Below are positions 54,505-63,067 of a DNA stretch of 64,000 nucleotides, piece by piece. Below the pieces are notes generated by a model that worked only from the letters and a program-made list of their open reading frames with translations, was not told the DNA's origin and searched no databases. The stretch lies in NCBI GenBank assembly GCA_034423115.1, contig DAOUJD010000064.1, forward strand, positions 9,799-73,798. The letters are read 5' to 3'. Each line of letters begins with the position of its first letter. Within the stretch, counting starts at the first letter, position 1. A program made the translations under genes and the position numbers. The stretch is from Dehalococcoidia bacterium (GTDB lineage: Bacteria > Chloroflexota > Dehalococcoidia > Lucifugimonadales > UBA3495).

Positions 54505-55881
54505 GTGGGAGTGAGCAAACTCCAAACCACCGAAGGGGGCTTCTTTATGTTGCAGCAAGGGGCGGGCCAGGAGCAAGGGCAACAGGTTGCGGATCTGTTG
54601 GGATTGTTCATCGGGCCATTGGAAACCTGGCTGAACCATCGACTGGATCGGCGATTGGTGCGCACCTTTCTGCTGACCCTGGTGGCCATGGTGCGGATGC
54701 GCCACAATCGTTACGGGTTGCTCTTGAGCGAGTTGGGCGCTCACATCATTAGTCCCGACCGTGCGCCGGCGGGGACCAAGCGTCTCAGCAATCTGCTGCG
54801 CTCATCCAAGTGGTCCCATACTCTCCTGGAAGAGTTTCTTTGGCATGATGCCGACCGGCGGCTTACGGAGTTGGCCGCCGCAGGGGAAGGGGCATTGGCC
54901 ATCTGGGATGAGAGTGTCCTGGAGAAGCCGGAGAGCATCGCCCTGGAGGGGTTGTGTCCGGTGCGCTCCAGCAAGGCGGCCCGTCTCAAGCGGATCAAGC
55001 CGGGCTACTACAACCCTCCGGGAGGACCGCCCGTATTCGTGCCGGGGATGCAGTGGCTCACGGTGATAGTGGCTGGGATGGCGGGCGCGCCCACCCTGGC
55101 TGCCATGGGTTGGTGGACCAGCCGAGGTCCCCTGGCCAGCCACCGGCGAGCGCAGGCCGTCACACTGCTGGCCCAATGCGCCCAGCGCTGGCAGCAACAG
55201 GTGATCCACCTTTTTGATCGGGGCTACGCTGGCGCTCCCTGGCTGGAGGAACTGACCCAACGTCAACTCTGCTTCATCATGCGCTGGCCTACCCGCCATC
55301 GCCTGGTGGATGCCTTGGGCCAGGAGCGTTTCCCAGGGCAGATCTCCCGAGGCAAACGCTCCCAGGACCACCGCATGATCTGGGACTACAACCGTCGACA
55401 GTACCGCAAAACCGGCATCCTGACCGTGCCAGTACACCACCCCCAGTTGGATCATCCCCTATGGCTGGTGGTCTCCAGACCCGGTACGGGACGAACACCC
55501 TGGTACCTGCTGACCAACCAGCCCATTGCTTCCGTTGACGACGCCTGGCGGGTGGTCATGGCCTACGCTCGCCGCTGGCAGGTAGAGCTGTGCTACCGAG
55601 CTTGCAAGACCGACCTGGCCATGGAAAGCCCCCGCCTCTGGTTCTGGGAAAACCGCCTCAAACTCCTGCTCATGGCCTCTCTGGTCTATGCCTTCCTCCT
55701 CCACCTGCTCACGCCAAGCCGCCAATCTCTCGTCCAAAGCCTAATCAGAAACTGGTGCCACCGAACCGGGGAGCGGTACCGACAAGCCAAATTACCGCTC
55801 CCCAGGCTTCGCTCCGCACTCAGTACCCTCTGGCTAACCCACCCACCGTCCTTCCCTCACCTCAACCCAAATTCGGGATGA
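54505..55881 (+). CDS. IS4-family DDE transposase
   Basis: DDE candidates AIWDESVLEKP, HLFDRGYAG and the Y(2)R(3)E(6)K signature YARRWQVELCYRACK. The stop lies inside the right IR. Confidence 0.85.
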   Translation: MGVSKLQTTEGGFFMLQQGAGQEQGQQVADLLGLFIGPLETWLNHRLDRRLVRTFLLTLVAMVRMRHNRYGLLLSELGAHIISPDRAPAGTKRLSNLLRSSKWSHTLLEEFLWHDADRRLTELAAAGEGALAIWDESVLEKPESIALEGLCPVRSSKAARLKRIKPGYYNPPGGPPVFVPGMQWLTVIVAGMAGAPTLAAMGWWTSRGPLASHRRAQAVTLLAQCAQRWQQQVIHLFDRGYAGAPWLEELTQRQLCFIMRWPTRHRLVDALGQERFPGQISRGKRSQDHRMIWDYNRRQYRKTGILTVPVHHPQLDHPLWLVVSRPGTGRTPWYLLTNQPIASVDDAWRVVMAYARRWQVELCYRACKTDLAMESPRLWFWENRLKLLLMASLVYAFLLHLLTPSRQSLVQSLIRNWCHRTGERYRQAKLPLPRLRSALSTLWLTHPPSFPHLNPNSG

Positions 55882-55890
55882 CTCATGTTT
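55869..55890. repeat. IS right inverted repeat AAATTCGGGATGACTCATGTTT
   Basis: See the left inverted repeat. Confidence 0.85.
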
Positions 55891-55960
55891 CAGACTTGCA
55901 GTCGGTTCCATGGCTGCAGTAAGATGCCGGCCGCCCCGGTGCTGAGAGAGTTCTGAGTGC

Positions 55961-55983
55961 TTAAAAATCCGGGCGAACCCGGA
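55961..55983 (-). terminator. rho-independent terminator (minus strand)
   Basis: The minus strand reads TCCGGG-TTCG-CCCGGA followed by TTTTTAA (UUCG tetraloop, U5 tail). Confidence 0.6.
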
Positions 55984-56310
55984 CTCGCCTCTTTGGTGGT
56001 CCGAACCCGGTCCCGCTATGTGACTAGCGGGACCGATTTCGTGTGACTACCGTGAGGCTACCACCGAGCTGTGGCCAGGGACAACGACTGAACGTTGCTC
56101 GCATCAAATTCAGGGGCTGATGGCGGGTCGTAGCAACGGTAGCGAGGCCATAACGGGGTTTCCTGGACACTCAACCCCGGTGACTGTTCTCCATTTGCTC
56201 GCCGGCTGACGGATGCCGCGTCAGGTACAACGTCGCGGTGCCGCAACCTGGACGGGCCTGTCGTCAGGGTGTTCCTACAATTGAACATCGCCGGCCAGTA
56301 CGTGCAGTGG

Positions 56311-56340
56311 TAAAGAAAAAACCTGCCTTATCGGCAGGTT
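56311..56340 (-). terminator. rho-independent terminator (minus strand)
   Basis: The minus strand reads AACCTGCC-GATAA-GGCAGGTT followed by TTTTCTTTA (an effective run of six T after GGCAGG). Confidence 0.7.
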
Positions 56341-56408
56341 GGTGGCGAATAACAACTCTGGTAGCCGTAATTCGTAAACAATGGCGGCGAATATTGTCAG
56401 AAAGCATC

Positions 56409-56428
56409 ACCATTGGACGTACATGGGC
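56409..56428 (+). repeat. direct repeat copy B (ACCATTGGACGTACATGGGC)
   Basis: Identical to 51663-51682. Confidence 0.9.
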
Positions 56429-57012
56429 GTCAACGGAAAGATGGACTTATACGTTGCTCCTACGGATTCCTGACGGTACTTGGCCAATCCCCGAACTGCG
56501 TGGCAGATGGCGCGACTCGAAGTTGAGCAATGACCGGTCCCAGGAAAGCGATTATCCTCAGAGTGTGTAAGTCTCTGCCTGCCTGGGTACGTCATCAGTG
56601 GTTGTCGTGGTCGATTGACGTCGACTGCTTGGTGCGCGGTGACGGTTTCACTGGTTCGACGCATCAAGACTTTGTGGCCCATGCTGACTACCACGATTGC
56701 GCGTTGTGGCAGATAACCGGAGACGGGACAACTCGAGGGGGGTTGCCCAGCCGGCCGGAGCTGCAATGGTTCGTTACATATCGCTGGTCGGAATGTACTT
56801 GTGAGGTCCCGATGGGGTGTGGACTCTGGAACAGCCGTTGGTTGTTTTGTCTGGCTGCCGGCCGAATATTGCCCCATCGGCGGCCCTATCGGTTCACCAG
56901 TTAGCTACTGACTGAATCGTAGACCATCCACGGATCGAGCCACTCATGAACTATATCCGCAGCGGATCCGGCTGCACATCGGGCCAGTCGCCGACACCGC
57001 TGGCGTGGTGGG

Positions 57013-57357
57013 TCAGAACCCGCTGTCCCGCGTAGACCGTGTCGGCGTCCAGCGTCCCGCTGCGGAGTTCACGACGGTGGCCCTGATGTAGGCGTCGCCG
57101 CCTTCGGTGAACTGCTTGTACTGGGCGGAGTAGTAGTGGACCCTTGCTCCGCTGACGGACACGGCGTCACGGCTCCCTGCGAGGTTGCCCGAGCTGTCCA
57201 TTGTGTCAGGGATGGCGACGTTTCCCACCTTGCCGGGTTGGGCGGACCTGGCCTCCTTGAGCGTGACCGCATCGTAGTTCCAAGGCCCCAACCAGTGGAA
57301 GCTGGCGTCGTTGCCGACAGGGACCTCGTAGGTCTGTCCGTTGGCTAACTTGGTCAT
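57013..57357 (-). CDS. hypothetical protein (114 aa), beta-rich composition
   Basis: MTKLANGQTYEVPVGNDASFHWLGPWNYDAVTLKE.. The ATG overlaps the stop of the upstream small ORF (ATGA at 57354-57357). It could instead be the 3' part of a frameshifted gene. Confidence 0.35.
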   Translation of the reverse strand: MTKLANGQTYEVPVGNDASFHWLGPWNYDAVTLKEARSAQPGKVGNVAIPDTMDSSGNLAGSRDAVSVSGARVHYYSAQYKQFTEGGDAYIRATVVNSAAGRWTPTRSTRDSGF

Positions 57358-57557
57358 ATGCCGAGTCCCGGTGGCCACGTCCGCACTTCGCTTTCGGTCC
57401 AGTCGCTGGCGTCGAGGACGCGGTGCGTTGCCTGGGAACCATTGACTTTGGCATCGGCGCTGAGCGAACCGCCGTCCGTCCACGCCATCCCAACCTTCCC
57501 GTTGCCGGCCAATACCGCCACATTGTTGGTGGCGCGGTTCCGCTGCGGATTGCGCAT
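57354..57557 (-). CDS. hypothetical protein (67 aa)
   Basis: MRNPQRNRATNNVAVLAGNGKVGMAWTDGGSLSADAKVNGSQATHRVLDASDWTESEV.. No SD, and an in-frame stop lies immediately upstream. Confidence 0.3.
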   Translation of the reverse strand: MRNPQRNRATNNVAVLAGNGKVGMAWTDGGSLSADAKVNGSQATHRVLDASDWTESEVRTWPPGLGI

Positions 57558-58267
57558 TCAAGCGCTAGCGCCGCGGTTCGTCGCGATTCGCATGAAGATC
57601 CGATTGCGCCGGAGTGCTGCTCAATGTGAGAGTAACAATTGAATGATCGGGGTCTTGTTCGTCCACCAAACCCGCAAGGCCGCCACCGCGGTTGTATCCT
57701 CTTCCGATCATCCGCCGGCGCGGTTGACGTTGTGGGCCCTGACCCGAACGGCGCGCATCGTGTTGCCTCTGAACTCTTCGAGGGTCGTACTGGTACTGCT
57801 GGGGAGCGTTGGCGGCTGTTAAACTGAAACACAGGCTGGCGCAACTGGAAACCGATGCGGCAGCAAGCCTGGCGCGGCAGTGTTTGGGTCGAAGAAGTCG
57901 CGGCGAAAGCGGTATCAACCGACGGCCAACGGTCACAAAAGTGGCAAGGATTGGCTCGCGGACCGCCAGGATGCCTGCAGCGATGAGCGCTCCCTGATGT
58001 GCAGCCGGAATGAAAACCCGTGTTGCTGACTTGGTGTGGACGGAATTGCAAACGATGATTCACTCGCGCTGCAATTGAGGACGCTGGAGCGCATGGTGGT
58101 CCGACAAGGAAGGCGTCTGACTATCCTCGGTGTGTGCTTTGCCTGCGGTATTGAGCGGATACTGGAAACGTCGGTGAACCACGGGAACTAAACCCGGACT
58201 GGTCTGAAGACGTATGACCAGGGAGTTTTGGACGAATCTCAGGTTGCTGTTTGCTGGTCCATCATCG

Positions 58268-59266
58268 CTATTGAGGACCGAAAGTGTTGTCTTCGGACGG
58301 CCAATTGTGGCGCCTGATCTGCCGCAGCAACTCGATGGAGCGCTGGTCCAGGTCTTCGGTTCCCTGAGGAGCGCCTTGGCGCCCGGTGAAGAAGTCCTCG
58401 TAACCTCGGGCGAGCCCCCGCAGCTCTGCCATGGTCAGTTCCAACGCGCCGTCGGGCGTGGTCAGATATCCAACGGCCAGGGCGTCGACGACGACGAATA
58501 GCCCATCTGCCTTCCCGTCGCAATCCCATGCTGGAAATGAGCGGATGAGGTTGGCGAAATATTCCGGGTCAGCCAGGGTGGTCAGCGGTTTCGGGTCTTC
58601 ATCCTGGGCATCGTCGATCATGGCATCGTCGACCATGGTGCGACTGACGCGCCGGTCCATTTCGTCGACGAGGGCGAGGGCGATGTCCACCATGAGTTCT
58701 TCAGAAGGGTTTTGTTCCGTGATCACCGCCGCGGTGGCGTCGTAGTTGAGGGTGAAGTGGAAGAGCTCCCCAGCCAGGGGGTCGTGGTGGTTGGGAATGA
58801 GCCGGTGCCACACCGGGACCCGTACTCCGCCGTGTGAGACCGCTGTTGCAAGGGCGTTGGATTCCAGTCCGGTTCCCCGGGTGGAGCCGCTCAGTTCAGG
58901 TCGCTGGGCCGCCATCGCCTGCACTCGAATGATCAGCATCTCGACGGTTTTTGGGGTTTCTTCCAGGACCACGGCCATCATGCGGCAGCAGTCGCGGATG
59001 TCGTTTCGGGCCAGCGCCGGGTTGCGGCGGAGGATGCGGGTCAGCCTGGCGCGGTCGCGGGCGATGACGAGCAGGGAATCGCCGAGGCGTGCCTCGATGC
59101 TTCCGTCAGCTTCCCTGATGAAACGGGTCGCGGGCGCTCCGGTATACCACGAGATGCGGTGGACGTCTTCCTCGGCGCTGGCCCGGGTGTCGCCCTGCAG
59201 TTCGATGGTGACCGCCATCATTGACAGGCGGGGTTCGGGCTGGAGTGTTTGATCGGGTGCGGTCAT
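58268..59266 (-). CDS. hypothetical acidic protein (332 aa), no family recognised
   Basis: Long ORF with protein-like composition. The second ATG is chosen because AAGGAG lies 8 nt upstream. Confidence 0.6.
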   Translation of the reverse strand: MTAPDQTLQPEPRLSMMAVTIELQGDTRASAEEDVHRISWYTGAPATRFIREADGSIEARLGDSLLVIARDRARLTRILRRNPALARNDIRDCCRMMAVVLEETPKTVEMLIIRVQAMAAQRPELSGSTRGTGLESNALATAVSHGGVRVPVWHRLIPNHHDPLAGELFHFTLNYDATAAVITEQNPSEELMVDIALALVDEMDRRVSRTMVDDAMIDDAQDEDPKPLTTLADPEYFANLIRSFPAWDCDGKADGLFVVVDALAVGYLTTPDGALELTMAELRGLARGYEDFFTGRQGAPQGTEDLDQRSIELLRQIRRHNWPSEDNTFGPQ

Positions 59267-59729
59267 CTTCATTCTCCTTTGGTTTGTGTTCAGAAGTTCT
59301 CGGAAGTCATGAGCGCCGCGCCACTGGAGGGCCGAGTTGCAGTTACTGCGGCGTTCCGCCAGAGCGGCGCGTATGCGGATGTGATGATCCAGGCCACGTC
59401 AGCGGCGTAGCTGGATCATGCGGCCGGCGTCGCCGTGGGTCGGCGAGGATTCGACTGTTCTGGTTGGTAGAGGGTCAGTGCCGCCGGCTGGCCGTCCTTG
59501 GCAGGCTGCGCCGCGGTGGTGCGGGTTCCTCTGCCCGCGGTTCGGTCGACGGATCAGGAGTTGGAGCCCAGCATGCCAGTGAGGATGGAAACGGTGATCG
59601 CAGTGCCTCAGGCGGCGGAGGCTCATTGTTCCACTGCAATCGGGCATCGGTTGGATCCGTGCCCATCGAGCGGTTCCGCCCTTTTGGGTCAATCGTGATA
59701 CGCTTACTCGCCTGCGCCAACGCTCTCGC

Positions 59730-60770
59730 GTGGCATTCTTCGGCGGGGTGCTACCTCAATTGCAACATCGGAACAATGGACGCCCAAAAGGAACTGCACG
59801 TGGCGTATCGGAATCCGTCCTCATCACCGGCGCCGCCGGCTTCGGCGGTTCCCATCTGGCTCGGGCACTGCTGGGGATGGGATACCGCGTAACGGGGCTG
59901 GACGTTACGCCGCCATCTCACGCCGGGCTGCTGGCGAGCGAGCTGGAAAACCCTAATTTCAACTATGTCTGGGGTAGCGTGCAGGACATTCGGCCGGAAG
60001 GCGTTGCGGGTCATTCAACTGTTGTGCATTTGGCCGCCCAGGCCGACGCCCCTCTGGCCTTCGGCTCTCCCCGTTACACCGTCGCGCAGAACATCGACGG
60101 GACGGTTGCCCTGCTAGAGGCGGTGCGCCACGCCGGCGGGGTGGAAAAGTTGATCTTTGCCGGTTCGGGCAATGAGGTCGGCCGGCCGCTGAATCTGCCG
60201 ATTGACGAAGATCATCCGCTGACGCCCCACAACCCGTACGGCTTTTCGAAGGCGGCGGCGGAATTGGCGGTCTGGACGTGGCGCCGGGCCTACGGGATTC
60301 CAGCCGTGGTGATGAGTTCCGGAGTGGTCATCGGGCCGCAGATGCGGAGGGAGGTATTCATCTTCAAGTGGTTGTGGAACGCGCTGCACGGCATCCCCAT
60401 CGTCGTGGAGGGAGGTCAGCAAACACGGGACGTGTCGTTCATAGACGACGTGGTGGCGGCGTGGCTGGTGGCCATCCAGGCGCCGGCGGACCAGGTGGTG
60501 GGAGAGAAGTTCTTCGTCTGCAGTGGGGAGGAGCACACGGTCGCCAAGCTGGCCGAATGGTGCCGCGACGCTGTTGGCGCTGGCGTGCCCATCGAGTACA
60601 CGGACTACCGACCGGGCGAGAAGGGCCAACGGGAGGCTTTCACCGCCGAAAAAATCCGGCGAGCGCTGGGCCATACCCCGCGGGTTTCTGCCATGGAAGC
60701 CATTGGCCTAACCGCCGACTGGGCGAGAAGCCTCATGCAATCCTCGCCATCGGAAGCGCAAACGGTCTGA
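59730..60770 (+). CDS. NAD-dependent epimerase/dehydratase (extended SDR)
   Basis: ITGAAGFGGSH, YGFSKAAAE (YxxxK). Start uncertain (GTG 59730, GTG 59748 or TTG 59760). Confidence 0.85.
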   Translation: MAFFGGVLPQLQHRNNGRPKGTARGVSESVLITGAAGFGGSHLARALLGMGYRVTGLDVTPPSHAGLLASELENPNFNYVWGSVQDIRPEGVAGHSTVVHLAAQADAPLAFGSPRYTVAQNIDGTVALLEAVRHAGGVEKLIFAGSGNEVGRPLNLPIDEDHPLTPHNPYGFSKAAAELAVWTWRRAYGIPAVVMSSGVVIGPQMRREVFIFKWLWNALHGIPIVVEGGQQTRDVSFIDDVVAAWLVAIQAPADQVVGEKFFVCSGEEHTVAKLAEWCRDAVGAGVPIEYTDYRPGEKGQREAFTAEKIRRALGHTPRVSAMEAIGLTADWARSLMQSSPSEAQTV

Positions 60771-61376
60771 CTGCTTCCAGACAACCAGGGTGTCCAAAAA
60801 ATCAGGCCATTCGAACTCGCCGACTTTCAGGCCGTACAGGTGACCAACCAGGACTGCCAGCACCAGATCGTGGGTGACGAAAAGGCTGACCAGTCCTCGG
60901 TCCGCCAGATGGGGCCGGATGAGGTTCAACAGGAGTTCAACACCTTGGTCCGTTGCCCTCATGCCGGGCGGGGGTTCTTTCTCCGTCAACTGGCGTTGGG
61001 CCATCGCCTCGGGCCCGATTTCGAGCAGGATCGGTCCGGACACTTCCGGCGCGGCGACGAATGGGCCGGGATCGCCCAGCTTGTCGTCGGCGACGGCGGC
61101 GCCGTTCCAGCTGGCGCCTTCGATGATTGCCTGGGCGGTCTGCACGCAACGCGGCAGGGGGCTCGTGATCACTGCCGACGAGGACCGCGACGAAAGCGCG
61201 TTGCCCAGCCGGCGAGCGGAGTGTGTGCCACGTTCCGTCAGCGGGACGTCGTTTCCATAGGTTCCCGAGGCGATGGGTTCGCGTTCGGCGTGGCGGAGGA
61301 CCAGGGCGACGTCAGCGTCGGTAGGAACGTCCGCCAGCAGCGCCAGGGTGCGCTGCACGCCGTCCCCCATGTTCAC
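60708..61376 (-). CDS. histidine phosphatase superfamily protein
   Basis: VALVLRHAEREP (RHxE catalytic motif) and LFVTHDLV. The GTG start overlaps the upstream stop (GTGA). The 3' end overlaps the convergent epimerase gene by 63 nt. Confidence 0.75.
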   Translation of the reverse strand: MNMGDGVQRTLALLADVPTDADVALVLRHAEREPIASGTYGNDVPLTERGTHSARRLGNALSSRSSSAVITSPLPRCVQTAQAIIEGASWNGAAVADDKLGDPGPFVAAPEVSGPILLEIGPEAMAQRQLTEKEPPPGMRATDQGVELLLNLIRPHLADRGLVSLFVTHDLVLAVLVGHLYGLKVGEFEWPDFLDTLVVWKQSDRLRFRWRGLHEASRPVGG

Positions 61377-63067
61377 ACTGCCTCAGCCCTGATGAGCGAG
61401 TTCACCCTGCGGGTGGGCCTGACGTCCGCCAACCGGAAGCCGGCTTCTCCGAGGAGTTGCTCGAAGTCGGCTAGCGTGCGTTCCCTGCCGCCGGTCATCA
61501 CCAGCATGTTCAGGTCCAGTAGGCCGCCCGCATTGCCGGGTTCGTCCAGAAGCATCTCGATCAGGTACAGATGGCCGCCCGTGTCCATGACTGCACGCGC
61601 TCGCGCCAGGATGCGACGGGCGTCGTCGTCGGGCCAGTCGTGCAGCACACGGGCCAGTACGACCGCGTCGCTGTGCACTGGCCAGTTACGAAAGAGATCT
61701 CCGGCGACGAAATTGCAGCGCTTCTCGAATTCTGGAGGCGGGGCGAACAGGTCTGCGACCTCGGGCCGGTCCATGACGGTGGCAGTGAGGTTTGGGTACG
61801 CTCTCAGGAGGGCGAAGGCGAGTTCTCCGGTGCTGCCGCCGGCGTCCAGAATGGCCTCGTGCTGCCCGAAGTCCCAGATCTGGGGCAAGACGGAGTAGTC
61901 GTGCTTGGCGTAGGCAGCGAACGTCCGGTGGCTGGCCGCCAACACTACCGGTCGGTCTGACAGCCGGCCGAAGAAGTCTCGGGCCCCGTCCGTGGTTGCC
62001 GGCAATCCGGTTCGCAGGGATTCCGCCAGGTGTCGCCAGGCAGCGCTCGATTGGTCTCCCCAGTGGTTGGCCGCGTCGGCCAGGGACATCTCGTGGTCCG
62101 GTCGCAGGTGGGCGCCCTTCTGGGTGACGTGGTAAATGCCAGCGGCGTCCCGCCGCACCATTCCCATTTCCGACAACGATCTCAGGAGTCGCGTTCCGTT
62201 AGAGGGAGCCAGTTCCAACTTGGTCTCGAGGTCGGCAGCCGACGCCGGCAGCAGTTCGAACACCCCTAGTTCAACGGCGGCGCGGATGGCTTGGGTTCGC
62301 CAGATGCCCACCATGTCGCTTGACAGTTCCTCCAGCGGTGTTCCGGTTGGTTCCCTGAGGATGACTACGACATCGCCGTACTCACCGATGACGCTCAGGG
62401 AGCCGTCGTGGCCCGTCACCCTGGCTTGACCGTTATAGAAGGGCTCCACGTTGGCAAAACGTGCCTCGTACAGCGGACGGCCCGCGGTATCGACATGGTG
62501 CCAGCCATCAGCGTCGGCGGCGCGGGCATGGCCCTTGTGGAACACGTCCAGGTCCAGGAACCATTTCCCGTGCAGCAAACGGCCGTCCGGATCTACGTGG
62601 GTATGGCGGCCGACCTCGTCCTGGACTACGGCGTAGCCGTCCCTGAAATCTCCAGCGTACCGGTATCGTTCGGCGTAGGCTGGGCAACCATCGGGCAGGA
62701 TGTGAAAGTACCGGCCGTTGCCGTCGCGTACGGGACATCGGCCTTCCTGGAAGTTGCCGCACCAAGCGTGGCGTTCCGGGTAGAGCGCTGCGCCGTCGGG
62801 ACCGATGTGGCGCCAGCCGTCGTTGGCCTGAACTGCAGCGATGCCTTCGTAGAAGCCGAAGGCGCGTACGTACCGGAACTCGTAGACGGGAAGTCCGTCG
62901 GCGGCGATGTGGTAGGCGCCGCTGCCGTCGATGACGGGCGCCAGGCCAGGCGGGTGGAACTTCAGGACCTCCGTGAAACGGAGATCGTAGGCCGGCCGGC
63001 CTTGAAACAGGTGGTGGGTGCCGTCTCGGGCGACGGTGTATTCGCGCCAGATCTGGGTAGCCGTCAT
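61373..63067 (-). CDS. fusion protein: N-terminal WG-type beta-repeat domain plus C-terminal class-I O-methyltransferase (family 2, with dimerisation/winged-helix region)
   Basis: Start at Met72 overlaps the rSAM stop (ATGA). Repeats DGWRHIGPDGAALY / GRYFHILPDGCPAY / GRHTHVDPDGRLLH / DGWHHVDTAGRPLY. OMT motifs ILDAGGSTGE, VLHDWPDD, MLVMTGGRERT. Confidence 0.8.
   Translation of the reverse strand: MTATQIWREYTVARDGTHHLFQGRPAYDLRFTEVLKFHPPGLAPVIDGSGAYHIAADGLPVYEFRYVRAFGFYEGIAAVQANDGWRHIGPDGAALYPERHAWCGNFQEGRCPVRDGNGRYFHILPDGCPAYAERYRYAGDFRDGYAVVQDEVGRHTHVDPDGRLLHGKWFLDLDVFHKGHARAADADGWHHVDTAGRPLYEARFANVEPFYNGQARVTGHDGSLSVIGEYGDVVVILREPTGTPLEELSSDMVGIWRTQAIRAAVELGVFELLPASAADLETKLELAPSNGTRLLRSLSEMGMVRRDAAGIYHVTQKGAHLRPDHEMSLADAANHWGDQSSAAWRHLAESLRTGLPATTDGARDFFGRLSDRPVVLAASHRTFAAYAKHDYSVLPQIWDFGQHEAILDAGGSTGELAFALLRAYPNLTATVMDRPEVADLFAPPPEFEKRCNFVAGDLFRNWPVHSDAVVLARVLHDWPDDDARRILARARAVMDTGGHLYLIEMLLDEPGNAGGLLDLNMLVMTGGRERTLADFEQLLGEAGFRLADVRPTRRVNSLIRAEAV

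Larger units (their letters stand above)
54424..55890 (+). mobile_element. IS4-family insertion sequence, 1467 bp, apparently intact
   Basis: 22-bp terminal inverted repeats (21/22 match) enclose a single DDE transposase ORF. No target-site duplication recognised. Confidence 0.85.

Noticed and set aside
54423-54707. N-terminal 95 codons of track ORF 54036-54707.
   Set aside because: These codons lie inside the IS4 element, antisense to its transposase start and left IR, so the open frame there is fortuitous.
51663-56428. Diversity-generating retroelement (TR/VR pair) as an explanation for the 20-bp repeat and its partly similar flanks.
   Set aside because: The mismatches after the identical core are not restricted to adenine positions of either copy. 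The similarity decays within about 30 nt, and no reverse transcriptase is present in the window.
56407-56904. Mutually antisense ORFs: 156 aa on the minus strand (56407-56877) and 124 aa on the plus strand (56530-56904).
   Set aside because: Neither has a recognisable family or a good SD, and both have odd compositions. The downstream minus-strand terminator slightly favours minus-strand transcription, but I cannot support either as a CDS, so neither is listed as a feature.
57206-58063. 285-aa minus-strand ORF.
   Set aside because: The composition is extremely Arg/Pro/Ser/Cys-rich with no hydrophobic periodicity. It overlaps the two more protein-like frames at 57013-57557.
59221-59892. 223-aa plus-strand ORF spanning the gap upstream of the epimerase.
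   Set aside because: The translation is Gly/Arg/Ser-rich. It is out of frame with, and overlaps, the epimerase Rossmann N-terminus, so it is likely spurious.
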